Origin: Rhodocyclaceae bacterium
GTDB lineage: Bacteria > Pseudomonadota > Gammaproteobacteria > Burkholderiales > Rhodocyclaceae
Assembly: GCA_027365955.1 (NCBI GenBank)
Contig: DAHXLO010000036.1
Coordinates: 83,807 to 147,806, forward strand
DNA: 64,000 bases
Direction: 5' to 3'
Part shown: positions 1 to 8,667 of the stretch, piece by piece
How the letters are laid out: each line of letters opens with the position of its first letter
Position numbering within the stretch: the stretch's first letter is position 1
Notes under the pieces: generated by a model
What the model saw: only the letters and a program-made list of their open reading frames with translations
Database searches by the model: none
What the model was told of the DNA's origin: nothing
Translations under genes and position numbers: made by a program

Positions 1-1
1 A

Positions 2-430
2 GACTTGATCACTGAGAACCCCCTGCACGCTATCGCATGCCCATCGCCTGAGGCCGCCCTCCAGATTTTCGCGTTGCTAAGCAGCCGGCTCGCGTTCTGG
101 TGGTGGCATGTTCACGGTGACGGTTTTCACGTATCCAAGCACGTCATTGAGACGATGCCGGTCGGGGAGATGCTTGACTGCGCTGAACATGCAACGGAGT
201 TGACGCGGTTGGGCGCGTTGCTCTGGAACGAGATATCAGTTAGCCCCATCGTCAGCCGCAATCGTGGCAAGACGTCACTCGGTTTCTCGGCCGTGGCGTC
301 ACCGCTTCGCAGCAAGATCGACGCGCTACTCGTCAGAGCACTTGGCCTGCCATCCGAATTTACCCATGAACTGGAACGGTTCTGCGAGGACGTGACCCGT
401 GCGCGGACATCGCCAGGCACCGAAAGATAA
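2..430 (+). CDS. C-terminal part of a probable DNA adenine methyltransferase (target-recognition region); 5' end outside window
   Basis: Frame is open to the window edge. FALLSSRLAFWWW..GDGFHV resembles the C-terminal regions of Eco57I/TaqI-like methylases. Lies 16 bp upstream of a second MTase. No catalytic motif is visible. Confidence 0.5.
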   Translation, partial: DLITENPLHAIACPSPEAALQIFALLSSRLAFWWWHVHGDGFHVSKHVIETMPVGEMLDCAEHATELTRLGALLWNEISVSPIVSRNRGKTSLGFSAVASPLRSKIDALLVRALGLPSEFTHELERFCEDVTRARTSPGTER

Positions 431-446
431 CGAGAGGATCGATTCC

Positions 447-1370
447 ATGAGCCACAAACCGTCGGCCGAGGACAAGGAAAAAAGCAAGCTCACCAAGGAG
501 GAGTGGCGGGACTACACCAAGACCGTCTGGTCGATTGCCAACACGAGTCATGAAGACCATCCCGCTGTGTTCCCGCTTGAGATTCCGCATCGGCTCACAA
601 AGCTGTTCAGCTTTTATGGTGAAACCGTGCTGGATCCCTTCGCAGGAACCGGAACCACGGCCCGGGCGGCCATCCCGCTGGGACGCCGCGCGATCTGCGT
701 CGATCAGAACGCCGGCTACACGGAGATCATCAAGAAGGACTGCGCAAAGCTGCGCAACGGGCATGGAGCGGACTTCGAGCCGCTCGTCGTGGTCAACGGC
801 GATAGCCGCAAGATGGATTTCGTCGAGAGCGACAGCGTAGGTCTTGTCGTCACCAGCCCCCCCTACTGGAACAAGGCGGATTACGGCGATAGTAAACGGA
901 ACCTCGGGACGATCGAGCGCTACAGCGACTTCATCGAAGGTATCCGTCCGGTCTTCGAGGAGTGTTATCGGGTCCTGACACCGGGTCGAAAGCTCTGCGT
1001 CGTGACCGCCAACGTCAACCAGCACACCGACCATGGCCTGCTCACGTTTCCGCTGGCGACCGACTTCGCCGTGCTGCTGCGCCAGATCGGCTTCGTTATG
1101 ATCAATGAGATCATCTGGTCGAAAGATGCGACCGGCGGGAAATGGGGGTCTTACGGCGCCCAGCGCCCCATCTTCGGCAGCTATCCCTACCCGCCGAACT
1201 TCCTCTTCAAGAACGTGCATGAGTACATCCTGATTTTCGCGAAGCCCCCGCGCACCAAGACCACCGGCCCCAAGGTGCAGCCTTACAAGAAGCTGGTCGA
1301 GGGTCTCACTGGGGGCATCATGGAGCCAGACTCGCTGCCGGCCTATGCTCAGGCATTCAGGCAACAGTAG
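447..1370 (+). CDS. DNA methyltransferase, probably N4-cytosine, with permuted motif order
   Basis: HPAVFP, motif I LDPFAGTGTT and motif IV VVTSPPY are present. GAGAGG lies upstream of ATG 447. Confidence 0.9.
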   Translation: MSHKPSAEDKEKSKLTKEEWRDYTKTVWSIANTSHEDHPAVFPLEIPHRLTKLFSFYGETVLDPFAGTGTTARAAIPLGRRAICVDQNAGYTEIIKKDCAKLRNGHGADFEPLVVVNGDSRKMDFVESDSVGLVVTSPPYWNKADYGDSKRNLGTIERYSDFIEGIRPVFEECYRVLTPGRKLCVVTANVNQHTDHGLLTFPLATDFAVLLRQIGFVMINEIIWSKDATGGKWGSYGAQRPIFGSYPYPPNFLFKNVHEYILIFAKPPRTKTTGPKVQPYKKLVEGLTGGIMEPDSLPAYAQAFRQQ

Positions 1371-1389
1371 ATCGGCCGACGGAGGGGAC

Positions 1390-2481
1390 ATGGAGTTCGA
1401 GTTTTGCGTGCAGGATCCCACGGATCCGGGTACACGCTACCTGTACGAGGCCATCATCGGCGCGGCTGCCGACGCCACGACGTGGCGCGGCATGTACGCT
1501 TTTGCGACACGTGGCGGGGTGGACCAACTCATCGAAGATCCGGTCGTCCACGAGTTCATGCGGCGTGGCGGAGAAATCGATCTCATCGTCGGCATTGATG
1601 CGGTGACGAACCGGCAGACGCTGGAGCGCATGCAGGCACTCGAAGAGCGGCATCAGCATTTTCATCCCAAGGTCTTCTGGAACACGACCGGCGGGTTGTT
1701 TCATCCCAAGATTTCGCATTTTGGCTATGCCGATGGACGCACAAAGCTGATCTTGGGGTCAGGTAATCTGACGCCAGGCGGGCTGAGGCATAACTTCGAA
1801 GGCTATAGCGTCATCAGTGGCGGGCGGCGGGAGGCGATTGACCTGTCTTCGCTGAATGCGTTCATAGCACGACACGAAGCAGATATTCGGCCTATCGATC
1901 AGGCGGCGCTTGACCGTGCGGCGCTCAACATCGTTCGCCCCGTTGCCGCTCTCCCGGGTCCGCGAGCGCCTCAGTTAAGGCCACCGAGGGCGGTCCCCAG
2001 GGAGGCGGTACTTGACCGTATCCTGCTCGCGCAAGTCCCAGCGGCAGGTGGTCGATGGTCCCAGGTGCATTTCAATACTCAGATCACGGAACAGTACTTC
2101 CGCGTGACCGATGTCGCAACTCAGCGGGTCTACTTGACATCCATCGACGCTGCAGGCTTGCGGGGGGAAGAGGAGGTACGGCCGGTCGTCTTCTCCCAAG
2201 CCAATGGGAATCACAAGATTGAGATTGCGGCGGCAAAGGGCTTGGACTATCCGGATTCCCCGCCGCTGCTCGTTTTTCGCGAGCGGCAGGTGCGGTGTTT
2301 CGATTACATGCTTTTGATGCCCGACAGCCCTGGATATGGAGAATTGCTCGGCCTATCGCAGGCGTTGCCCACGATAGGTCGAGGCCTGAGACGTGCCATC
2401 ACAGATATGGCGACGCTCTCACAAGCATGGCCAGCATGCCCATTGCTGACTGCTGGAGACGCATTGGATCAGACCATTTAG
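1390..2481 (+). CDS. Phospholipase-D-family nuclease, BfiI/NgoFVII-like restriction endonuclease candidate (363 aa)
   Basis: Single HxK motif (FHPK) followed by ILGSGNLT..HNFE. GGAGG precedes ATG 1390. Third gene of the MTase operon. Confidence 0.75.
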   Translation: MEFEFCVQDPTDPGTRYLYEAIIGAAADATTWRGMYAFATRGGVDQLIEDPVVHEFMRRGGEIDLIVGIDAVTNRQTLERMQALEERHQHFHPKVFWNTTGGLFHPKISHFGYADGRTKLILGSGNLTPGGLRHNFEGYSVISGGRREAIDLSSLNAFIARHEADIRPIDQAALDRAALNIVRPVAALPGPRAPQLRPPRAVPREAVLDRILLAQVPAAGGRWSQVHFNTQITEQYFRVTDVATQRVYLTSIDAAGLRGEEEVRPVVFSQANGNHKIEIAAAKGLDYPDSPPLLVFRERQVRCFDYMLLMPDSPGYGELLGLSQALPTIGRGLRRAITDMATLSQAWPACPLLTAGDALDQTI

Positions 2482-3227
2482 AGATACTTCTTGAACGTCG
2501 CCGCCGCAATGCACGCCGCCACGCCGAGCAGCGCAGCGCTGGGCAGCAGGATCAGCAGCGGGTTCACGCTGACCGGCAATGCCAGGTAAGTCACCCACGG
2601 CAGCACGGCCAGCGGGATCAGGCTGGCCCTGGCGCGGTGATAGATGAACCCCGACTCGCGTCCCGCGCCGAAGCGGCGGATGTCCCGGCGCACCAGGCCG
2701 TCCACCAGCCCGACGAAGGCGGCCATCAGGAACAGCGGCAGGGTCAGGCACAGCACCAACACCCGCACGAGGAAGACCAGCGTCGTGTAGGCCGAGGCGA
2801 TCAGGTAGCTCTCCACGTTCACGTAGACCAAGCCGATGTAGTAGCGGAAATCCCTAGTCGGGCGGTGGCTGCCGGCGCTGGCCTGCGCCGAGGCGTCGCG
2901 TATCCAGTCCAGCAGACCGCTCTTCACGAACAGCCAGTCGTAGCCCTGCTCGACCAGCCGGTGCGCCGTGCGCCCCGGCTCCTGCACCAGCGCGCTGCGC
3001 GTGAAATGCGTGGAGAGCTGATCCAGCTCGTAGTTGAGCATGCCCTGTGCGTGGCGCCAGCCCTGATCGGGCCAGAAGAAGTGCATGCCGACGCATTCGA
3101 TCAGGATGCACAGCAGCAGCGCGCCGCACAGCACGCCGAAGAAGCGGAACGGCAGCGTGACCAGGCCGGCGATCAGCCCCTGCTGTCGTTGCTGCTGGCG
3201 CTGTGCCGCGACGGCCGGATCGCTCAT
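2478..3227 (-). CDS. ICE membrane protein (TIGR03747/DUF4400-like)
   Basis: Hydrophobic segments and DIRRFGAGRESGFIYH; directly follows traD. Confidence 0.85.
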   Translation of the reverse strand: MSDPAVAAQRQQQRQQGLIAGLVTLPFRFFGVLCGALLLCILIECVGMHFFWPDQGWRHAQGMLNYELDQLSTHFTRSALVQEPGRTAHRLVEQGYDWLFVKSGLLDWIRDASAQASAGSHRPTRDFRYYIGLVYVNVESYLIASAYTTLVFLVRVLVLCLTLPLFLMAAFVGLVDGLVRRDIRRFGAGRESGFIYHRARASLIPLAVLPWVTYLALPVSVNPLLILLPSAALLGVAACIAAATFKKYL

Positions 3228-5380
3228 GCTTCGGCCTCTTCAGCGGCGGCCATCTGCTTGAAGTCGTCCAGCAGGTCGTCGGGCAGCGCCTTGTCCTGCA
3301 GGCCGGGGATGCCCTGGTTCTCCCACCAGTCTCCCGCCTCGACGTAGTGCTGTCGCATGTAGCCGGCCAGCTCCTGCAGATCCTTCGGCATGGCTTCGTC
3401 GGGGTCGGGTGCCGGCAGCGGCATGCGGACTTTCCAGAGGTTGCCGCCCTCGGTCAGCGCGAAGCACTGCCCCTTGGGCAGCGCCACCACATGCGCCGGC
3501 TCGATCAACGGCACGCTGTTGCTGCTGATGCGGTCCTGGGTGTTGGACGTGAACGCGGTATTGCCGTGCGGGTCGGAGCTGTCGGTGGCGCCGCTCATCA
3601 GTGCCGTGGCATACACCTCGACCTTGGGCAGTTGTCGCGTCAGCAGCTCGGCGGTCGCGGTCTCGCGCACGCGCAGCATGAACAGGTTGTTGAAGTTGCC
3701 GACCACCTGGCCGGCCTTGGCACGGTTGCCGATGCGCGCCTCGATGTCGCTCAAGGTCTGCGTGTAGGCCGTCACCTGCACGCCGGCACCGCCACCCTTG
3801 TTGACCATCGGAATGAACTCGTCGCCCATGAGTTCATTGAATTCGTCGGCGTGGACATTGATCGGGATCTTGGCGCCCGCCGCGGTGCCGGGCAGCCCGT
3901 CGTCGATGCCGAACTTGTAGATGTGGCCGGCGACCGAGACCAGATCGCTGAACATCGAGTTGCCCACCGCCGCCGCGACTTCGGCGTCGGACAGCGCATC
4001 CAGCCCCACGTAGACCACCGCGCGTTTGCGGATCACCTGCATCCAGTCGAAGATCGGCCGCGGGTCGGACAGGTCGGAATAGTTCGGTGCGAGCAGTTGC
4101 GCAATCTTGCCGGTGGTGAGCTTCTCCAGCAGCGGCAGCAGCGAGGCGACGATCTTGTCGAAGTACGTCCGGTCGTAGCGCACGGCGCTGCGCAGGCCGT
4201 CGAGCACCGGGTCATAGACGCGCACCTGGGACAGGTACTGTTCGAGGGCCACCACGCGCTTCTCGCGCCCGATCATGTTGCGCGGGATGTTCTTGTCGTT
4301 CAGCTTGGCTTCGAGCTGGACGATGACTTCCCAGGCCTTCGGCTCATTCTTAGCGAAGTAGTGCTGGGCGTACTCGATGAACAGCGCGTCGATGTTGATG
4401 ACGTGGCGCTGGATCAGCAAGTAGTCCGGCCGCTGCCCCAGCTCGACCAGGGCGCGCGCGATGATGTTGACAAAGCGCCAGGCGAACTCGCGGAACGCGG
4501 CGCTGTTGCCTTCGCCCGAGAGCTGTCCGGCGATGCGCGTGGCCACCTCGGAGATCCGCCCGAACCGGCCGACGGCGTTGTAGCGCGCCGAGATGTCCGG
4601 CCAGCCCAGATGAAACACGTAGAACTCGCCTTCGCGCCCGGCGCGCTTGGCCTCGACGTACATGCGCTTCAACAGGTCCGCATCGCCCTTGGGGTCGAAG
4701 ACGATCACCACCTCGTGCTCGCCGCGGACCTTGCGGCGGATGTCTTGCGTGATGAACAGCTCGGCCAGCCGCGTCTTGCCCACGCGCGTGGTGCCCAGCA
4801 CCAGGGTGTGGCCGACGCGCTCGCCCAGCGGCAGGGTGACGTCGACCTCGTGCGGCTCGATGCCATGCAGGCGCGGCAGTCCGCCGACCGGCGGCAGCGG
4901 CCGGGCCGGGTTGAGCGGGCTGTCCCAGGCCAGCGCGCGCGCCAGCGTCGAGACGGGAAACGGCGCGAACTCTAGCCGCTCCTCCAGCCGCCGGGCGGCC
5001 CGGTAGATCGCCGTCGGCTCGACGTAGCGGCGGAACTCCGGCCGGTAGGTCTGCATCAGCCGGTGCGTGTGTCGCTGCTCCCAGCGAAAGCCGCGGCCGA
5101 CGAACAACCGTTGCTGACTCACCGGCACGTCGCGGCTGGTCATCAAGTAGCGCGGCAGGCGGCGGATATTGCGGCGATAGCGCAGGATCGCCCAGGCATC
5201 GCGCAGGCGAATCGCGCCGAAGGTCAGGAAAGCCAGCGCCGAGCCCAGGCCGAGCAGCGGGTTCAGCGCGAGCGACCACGGTGCCACCAGGCACAGAATC
5301 GCGGCGCCGGTGCAAACCGCCACGGTGTAAAGCTCCACCGCTGGCCGCAGCAGAACCTCGACCGCATGCGGTTGGGCCAT
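3224..5380 (-). CDS. traD: Type IV conjugative coupling protein, PFGI-1 class
   Basis: Walker A GTTRVGKT and Walker B region ADEFNE; starts MAQPHAVEVLLRPAVE. Confidence 0.92.
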   Translation of the reverse strand: MAQPHAVEVLLRPAVELYTVAVCTGAAILCLVAPWSLALNPLLGLGSALAFLTFGAIRLRDAWAILRYRRNIRRLPRYLMTSRDVPVSQQRLFVGRGFRWEQRHTHRLMQTYRPEFRRYVEPTAIYRAARRLEERLEFAPFPVSTLARALAWDSPLNPARPLPPVGGLPRLHGIEPHEVDVTLPLGERVGHTLVLGTTRVGKTRLAELFITQDIRRKVRGEHEVVIVFDPKGDADLLKRMYVEAKRAGREGEFYVFHLGWPDISARYNAVGRFGRISEVATRIAGQLSGEGNSAAFREFAWRFVNIIARALVELGQRPDYLLIQRHVINIDALFIEYAQHYFAKNEPKAWEVIVQLEAKLNDKNIPRNMIGREKRVVALEQYLSQVRVYDPVLDGLRSAVRYDRTYFDKIVASLLPLLEKLTTGKIAQLLAPNYSDLSDPRPIFDWMQVIRKRAVVYVGLDALSDAEVAAAVGNSMFSDLVSVAGHIYKFGIDDGLPGTAAGAKIPINVHADEFNELMGDEFIPMVNKGGGAGVQVTAYTQTLSDIEARIGNRAKAGQVVGNFNNLFMLRVRETATAELLTRQLPKVEVYATALMSGATDSSDPHGNTAFTSNTQDRISSNSVPLIEPAHVVALPKGQCFALTEGGNLWKVRMPLPAPDPDEAMPKDLQELAGYMRQHYVEAGDWWENQGIPGLQDKALPDDLLDDFKQMAAAEEAEA

Positions 5381-5388
5381 TTGCGCAC

Positions 5389-5922
5389 CTACTGCTCGAT
5401 GCCGGTGGACGTGATGAGCACCGGGTAGTGGCGCAGGCCCAGGCGCTGGGCCAGGTCGTCGCCGGAGGCCGGCGAGAGGGTCAGGCCGGGAGCCAGCCTG
5501 CGCAGCGCCGTCAGCGCGGCCATCGACTCCACGTTGACCACCAGGCCCACGGCCTGCAGCTCGCGCAGCGCCACCTGCCGCTGCCGCAGCCAGGCGCGCG
5601 AACGCTCGTCGTCGCCGATCAGGAACAGCGCCGTCAGGCCCGGCGCCCGGATGACGCGGCGCTGCACCTCGCCCGGCGACAGTTGCGTCGAGCGCACCGG
5701 CAGCATGGCGGCTTCGGCGTCGGCCGCGTTGCCCACGCGAGGGGCCGGCATCGGGGTCGGCGGTGTGGCCTGATCCGGCTGAGGATTCAGCGACCGGTAG
5801 TACGGCAGCGCGGAGGCGCCGCCGTGGTCTTCGACGACGATCAGCGGCGCGGAGGCGGTCTGGGCGAAGACGGTGGTCGTGGACAGCAGCCCGATGGCGG
5901 CGATGAGGACGATGTGGTTCAT
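5389..5922 (-). CDS. ICE protein, PFL_4695-like family
   Basis: Signal peptide, LFLIGDD..SR.WL motif, C-terminal HYPVLIT; position in the backbone. Confidence 0.8.
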   Translation of the reverse strand: MNHIVLIAAIGLLSTTTVFAQTASAPLIVVEDHGGASALPYYRSLNPQPDQATPPTPMPAPRVGNAADAEAAMLPVRSTQLSPGEVQRRVIRAPGLTALFLIGDDERSRAWLRQRQVALRELQAVGLVVNVESMAALTALRRLAPGLTLSPASGDDLAQRLGLRHYPVLITSTGIEQ

Positions 5923-6539
5923 GGCGTGGTGGCCTGGAGGGTTGGAACGGGAACGTCGGGGTCGAGCACACGGGTCAGGTGCCGATGCACACTGCGCCGG
6001 TAGCGCGCCGCGGGTGCCCCGCCGGCGGGCCGGTGGTAGCGGCCGATGGCAAGCAGCCAGTCCTCGCCCGGCGTGTGCTGTTCGCGCAGGATTTCCGCAG
6101 CGATGGCGAGGTTGCGGTACGGGTCCAGCAGCTCGCAAGGCTGCGTGTAGCGATGCGTGTGGTAGCCGAGATTGACCTGGCCGAGGCCGGCGTCGATGCG
6201 ATTGGCCGGCGTGCTGGCGAGTGCCCGGCGTAGCCCCGCGCAGGCCTCCGCGCGGGTGGCATAGCGCTGTGGCGAGCCGGCGACGTTGAGCGTCCACGGC
6301 CAGGGGATCAGGCGCCCGCGCAGCATGGCGCCGCTCTCCTGCAAGGCCACCGCGTACAGCACCGTCGCCGGCACGTCTGCACGATGTGCCGCCAGTTGAT
6401 AGGCCGGCGGCGGCACTTCCCGCGCCAGGGCGGCCAACGCCCAGCCGCCGGTGGCGAGCAACAGCGCGGCGCTGGCGCAGCGGATGGCGACGCGGGATGG
6501 CCGACGCTTCCGGCCCGGAGTACCTATTGCCGCTGCCAT
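5919..6539 (-). CDS. Lytic transglycosylase (SLT) of the ICE transfer module
   Basis: VLYAVALQESG catalytic motif, IDAGLGQVN and AIGRYH. Confidence 0.88.
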   Translation of the reverse strand: MAAAIGTPGRKRRPSRVAIRCASAALLLATGGWALAALAREVPPPAYQLAAHRADVPATVLYAVALQESGAMLRGRLIPWPWTLNVAGSPQRYATRAEACAGLRRALASTPANRIDAGLGQVNLGYHTHRYTQPCELLDPYRNLAIAAEILREQHTPGEDWLLAIGRYHRPAGGAPAARYRRSVHRHLTRVLDPDVPVPTLQATTP

Positions 6540-7243
6540 TGGCCGTTCACCTCGCGCACCACGGCCGGCAGATCGCCGGGCAGGCCGAGCGACAGCCAGC
6601 GCCCCGCATCGTGGTTGAGCGTGATGGTGCGGGCGCGCACCCTGGCCGGGTCGATGCCCGCCTGGGTGGCCCACTGCCGGATGCGCGCGTCGTCCTGACG
6701 GCTGCCGACCATGTAGAGATCGAAGGCCGTGCCGGCCGCCTGCAACTGCTGCACGCGCTGCGCGCACGGTGCGCAGTCGGCCTTGACGAAGACCGCCAGG
6801 CGCCCGGAGCCGGTGTTGCCGGCACCCTGCGCCTTGGCGCCGGGCAGGCTCACGCGCGGCTGGCCGGGAAACAGGCGCTGCCACGCCGCGTCGTAGGCGC
6901 GCTGGTAGGCCAGCGCCTTGCCGACGCGCCGGGCCTCGGCCTGCACCTGCAACTCCGCGTAGCGCCTGCGCTCCTCCTCGCTGCGGGCCTCGATGCCCAG
7001 CGCCGTGAGCGGATCGAGCTGGGGCGAATAGACCCCGAGCGGCCCCTGCATCAGTTGGCGGTAACGTGCCCACTCCTCGGGCTGAAGCCCCCACTCCCGC
7101 GCCTGCCTCTCGTCGAGCGCGGCATCAGCGCCCGGCTGCACCTGGGCGGGCACCATGCGCGAGTTCGTCACCGGGGCCGGCTGGGCGGATGCGCCGAAAG
7201 CGGCGAACAGAACGACGGTAGCGAGCAACGGCCGCAGGTTCAT
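6524..7243 (-). CDS. ICE protein, PFL_4693-like family
   Basis: Signal peptide, WGL..EEW.RY, LDPLTALGIEA and a CxxC (CAPC) thioredoxin-like C-terminus. Confidence 0.82.
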   Translation of the reverse strand: MNLRPLLATVVLFAAFGASAQPAPVTNSRMVPAQVQPGADAALDERQAREWGLQPEEWARYRQLMQGPLGVYSPQLDPLTALGIEARSEEERRRYAELQVQAEARRVGKALAYQRAYDAAWQRLFPGQPRVSLPGAKAQGAGNTGSGRLAVFVKADCAPCAQRVQQLQAAGTAFDLYMVGSRQDDARIRQWATQAGIDPARVRARTITLNHDAGRWLSLGLPGDLPAVVREVNGQWQRQ

Positions 7244-7329
7244 GGTCAGCCTCCGCCGAGCCGCCTCAAGGAGGCTGAAGCCCCCTCGGGGGGCTGCGAA
7301 CGAAGTGAGCGTGGGGGTCATGGCACCTC

Positions 7330-7977
7330 CTACGGCACCGCAACGCGCTGCGTCTGGCCGTTCACCTGGAACACGCCCGCCTGCGCCTCGATGGACTGCA
7401 GTTGCCAGCCGCCCTCGGCATCGCCCTGGCGCAGCAGCCGGGCGCCCGCAAGCGAGGCCGCGGCGGTGGAGGTGATCGACAGAAAGCGCTCGCCGCCACG
7501 CAGCTCCACGCCCAGCACCCGGAACGGCGGCTCCGGCACCTTGGGCTTCGTCGCAACCGGAATGCGCGGGCGAGCGGCGGATGCCACCTGCCGGGCCTTC
7601 TCCAGGCGGGTTTCGATTGCGTTCACGCGCGCCTGCAGCGTCTGCAGGTCGATGGCCAGAGCCTTCGCCTCATCGGCCTCTTCGAGACGCGTCATCCGTT
7701 TGTCCAGCGCCTGCCGCGCGGTGGCGAATTCGGCCTGGCTGATCGGCGCCGGCCGGCGCTTGTCCGCATCGGCCTGTTGTTCGAGATCGGCCACGCGCAG
7801 GCCCAGCGCGTTGACCTGCGCATCCTGTGCGCTGCCCTGGGTCTGTTCGGCGAGCCGCGACAGGCCGACGCTGTTGATGAGTACCACGGCACTGATGAGC
7901 AGTAGCCAGAAGGCTGCGGCGATCTTGAGCCAGCGCGTGCGGGAATGGCGCTCGGATGGCGCTTGGGGAAAGGTCAT
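7330..7977 (-). CDS. Conserved ICE protein with N-terminal membrane anchor and coiled coil
   Basis: One TM segment, a coiled-coil stretch and PPFRVLGVELRGGERFL; sits between pilL and the PFL_4693-like gene. Confidence 0.75.
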   Translation of the reverse strand: MTFPQAPSERHSRTRWLKIAAAFWLLLISAVVLINSVGLSRLAEQTQGSAQDAQVNALGLRVADLEQQADADKRRPAPISQAEFATARQALDKRMTRLEEADEAKALAIDLQTLQARVNAIETRLEKARQVASAARPRIPVATKPKVPEPPFRVLGVELRGGERFLSITSTAAASLAGARLLRQGDAEGGWQLQSIEAQAGVFQVNGQTQRVAVP

Positions 7978-8540
7978 GGCTGCATCTCCTCGGGCCGGTC
8001 GGCGTCCGGCACGGGCGTGGCGGTGCCGGGCGGGTCAGCGGAAAGGAAGGTGGGAGCACCGTGCCGGCTGAAGCAGACCTGGCGCCTCAAGTCATCGACC
8101 GACAGCTCCCAGGCCGGGCCGGCAAGGGTCAGCAAGGCATCGCGCAGCATCAGCGGGCCCAGGCGCAGGTGTGCGGCAGGCAGCGGCAGCGCGTAGAGCG
8201 CGGCGGCCTCGGCCGCATCGCAGAGCCGGTAGCCCGAGCGCAGGAGCACATGGCGCATGGCATCGCCCACGCTGGCATCGAGCATGGGCGGAATCGAGAC
8301 CTCCACCGCCTGCTGCAAGAGATCACGCTGCGCGGGCTCCGGCACCAGCTCGACCAGGGTGTAGCGGCCGTAGCGGGCCACCGGAACGAAACCTGGCTCC
8401 GGCGCGACGGCGGTTGGCGATGCGGCCGGCACCGCTGGCACAGACGGCGTGGCGGTCGTGGCGCAGCCGGCGGCCAGGACGGAGCTGGCTATCGCGCCGT
8501 AGATTGTGGGAGGGCTACGAAAACGGGCGAACAGTCGCAT
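7974..8540 (-). CDS. pilL: PilL-like lipoprotein of PFGI-1 class ICEs
   Basis: Lipobox LAAGC, RYGRYTLVEL and PAAHLRLGP..LRDAL. Confidence 0.85.
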   Translation of the reverse strand: MRLFARFRSPPTIYGAIASSVLAAGCATTATPSVPAVPAASPTAVAPEPGFVPVARYGRYTLVELVPEPAQRDLLQQAVEVSIPPMLDASVGDAMRHVLLRSGYRLCDAAEAAALYALPLPAAHLRLGPLMLRDALLTLAGPAWELSVDDLRRQVCFSRHGAPTFLSADPPGTATPVPDADRPEEMQP

Positions 8541-8667
8541 GGTTCGGCTCCCCAGAATGTGGAGCCGTCACCATCGCTGCCGTGACGAGCGCTGGCAGCA
8601 AACAAAGGGAACTGGACGCCGACCGATTAGTGCGGTGGGTCAAGAAATCGTTGCCCTGGACAGGTAC

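Noticed and set aside
1390-2481. PLD gene as DISARM drmC or a lipid-acting phospholipase
   Set aside because: No helicase or DUF1998 neighbour in view, no signal peptide, a single HxK motif, and direct linkage to DNA methyltransferases.
7244-7321. Upstream extension containing RGGFSLLEA, resembling a type IV prepilin cleavage motif
   Set aside because: It is followed by ARRRL instead of a hydrophobic helix, and the downstream ATG at 7243 gives a normal signal peptide.
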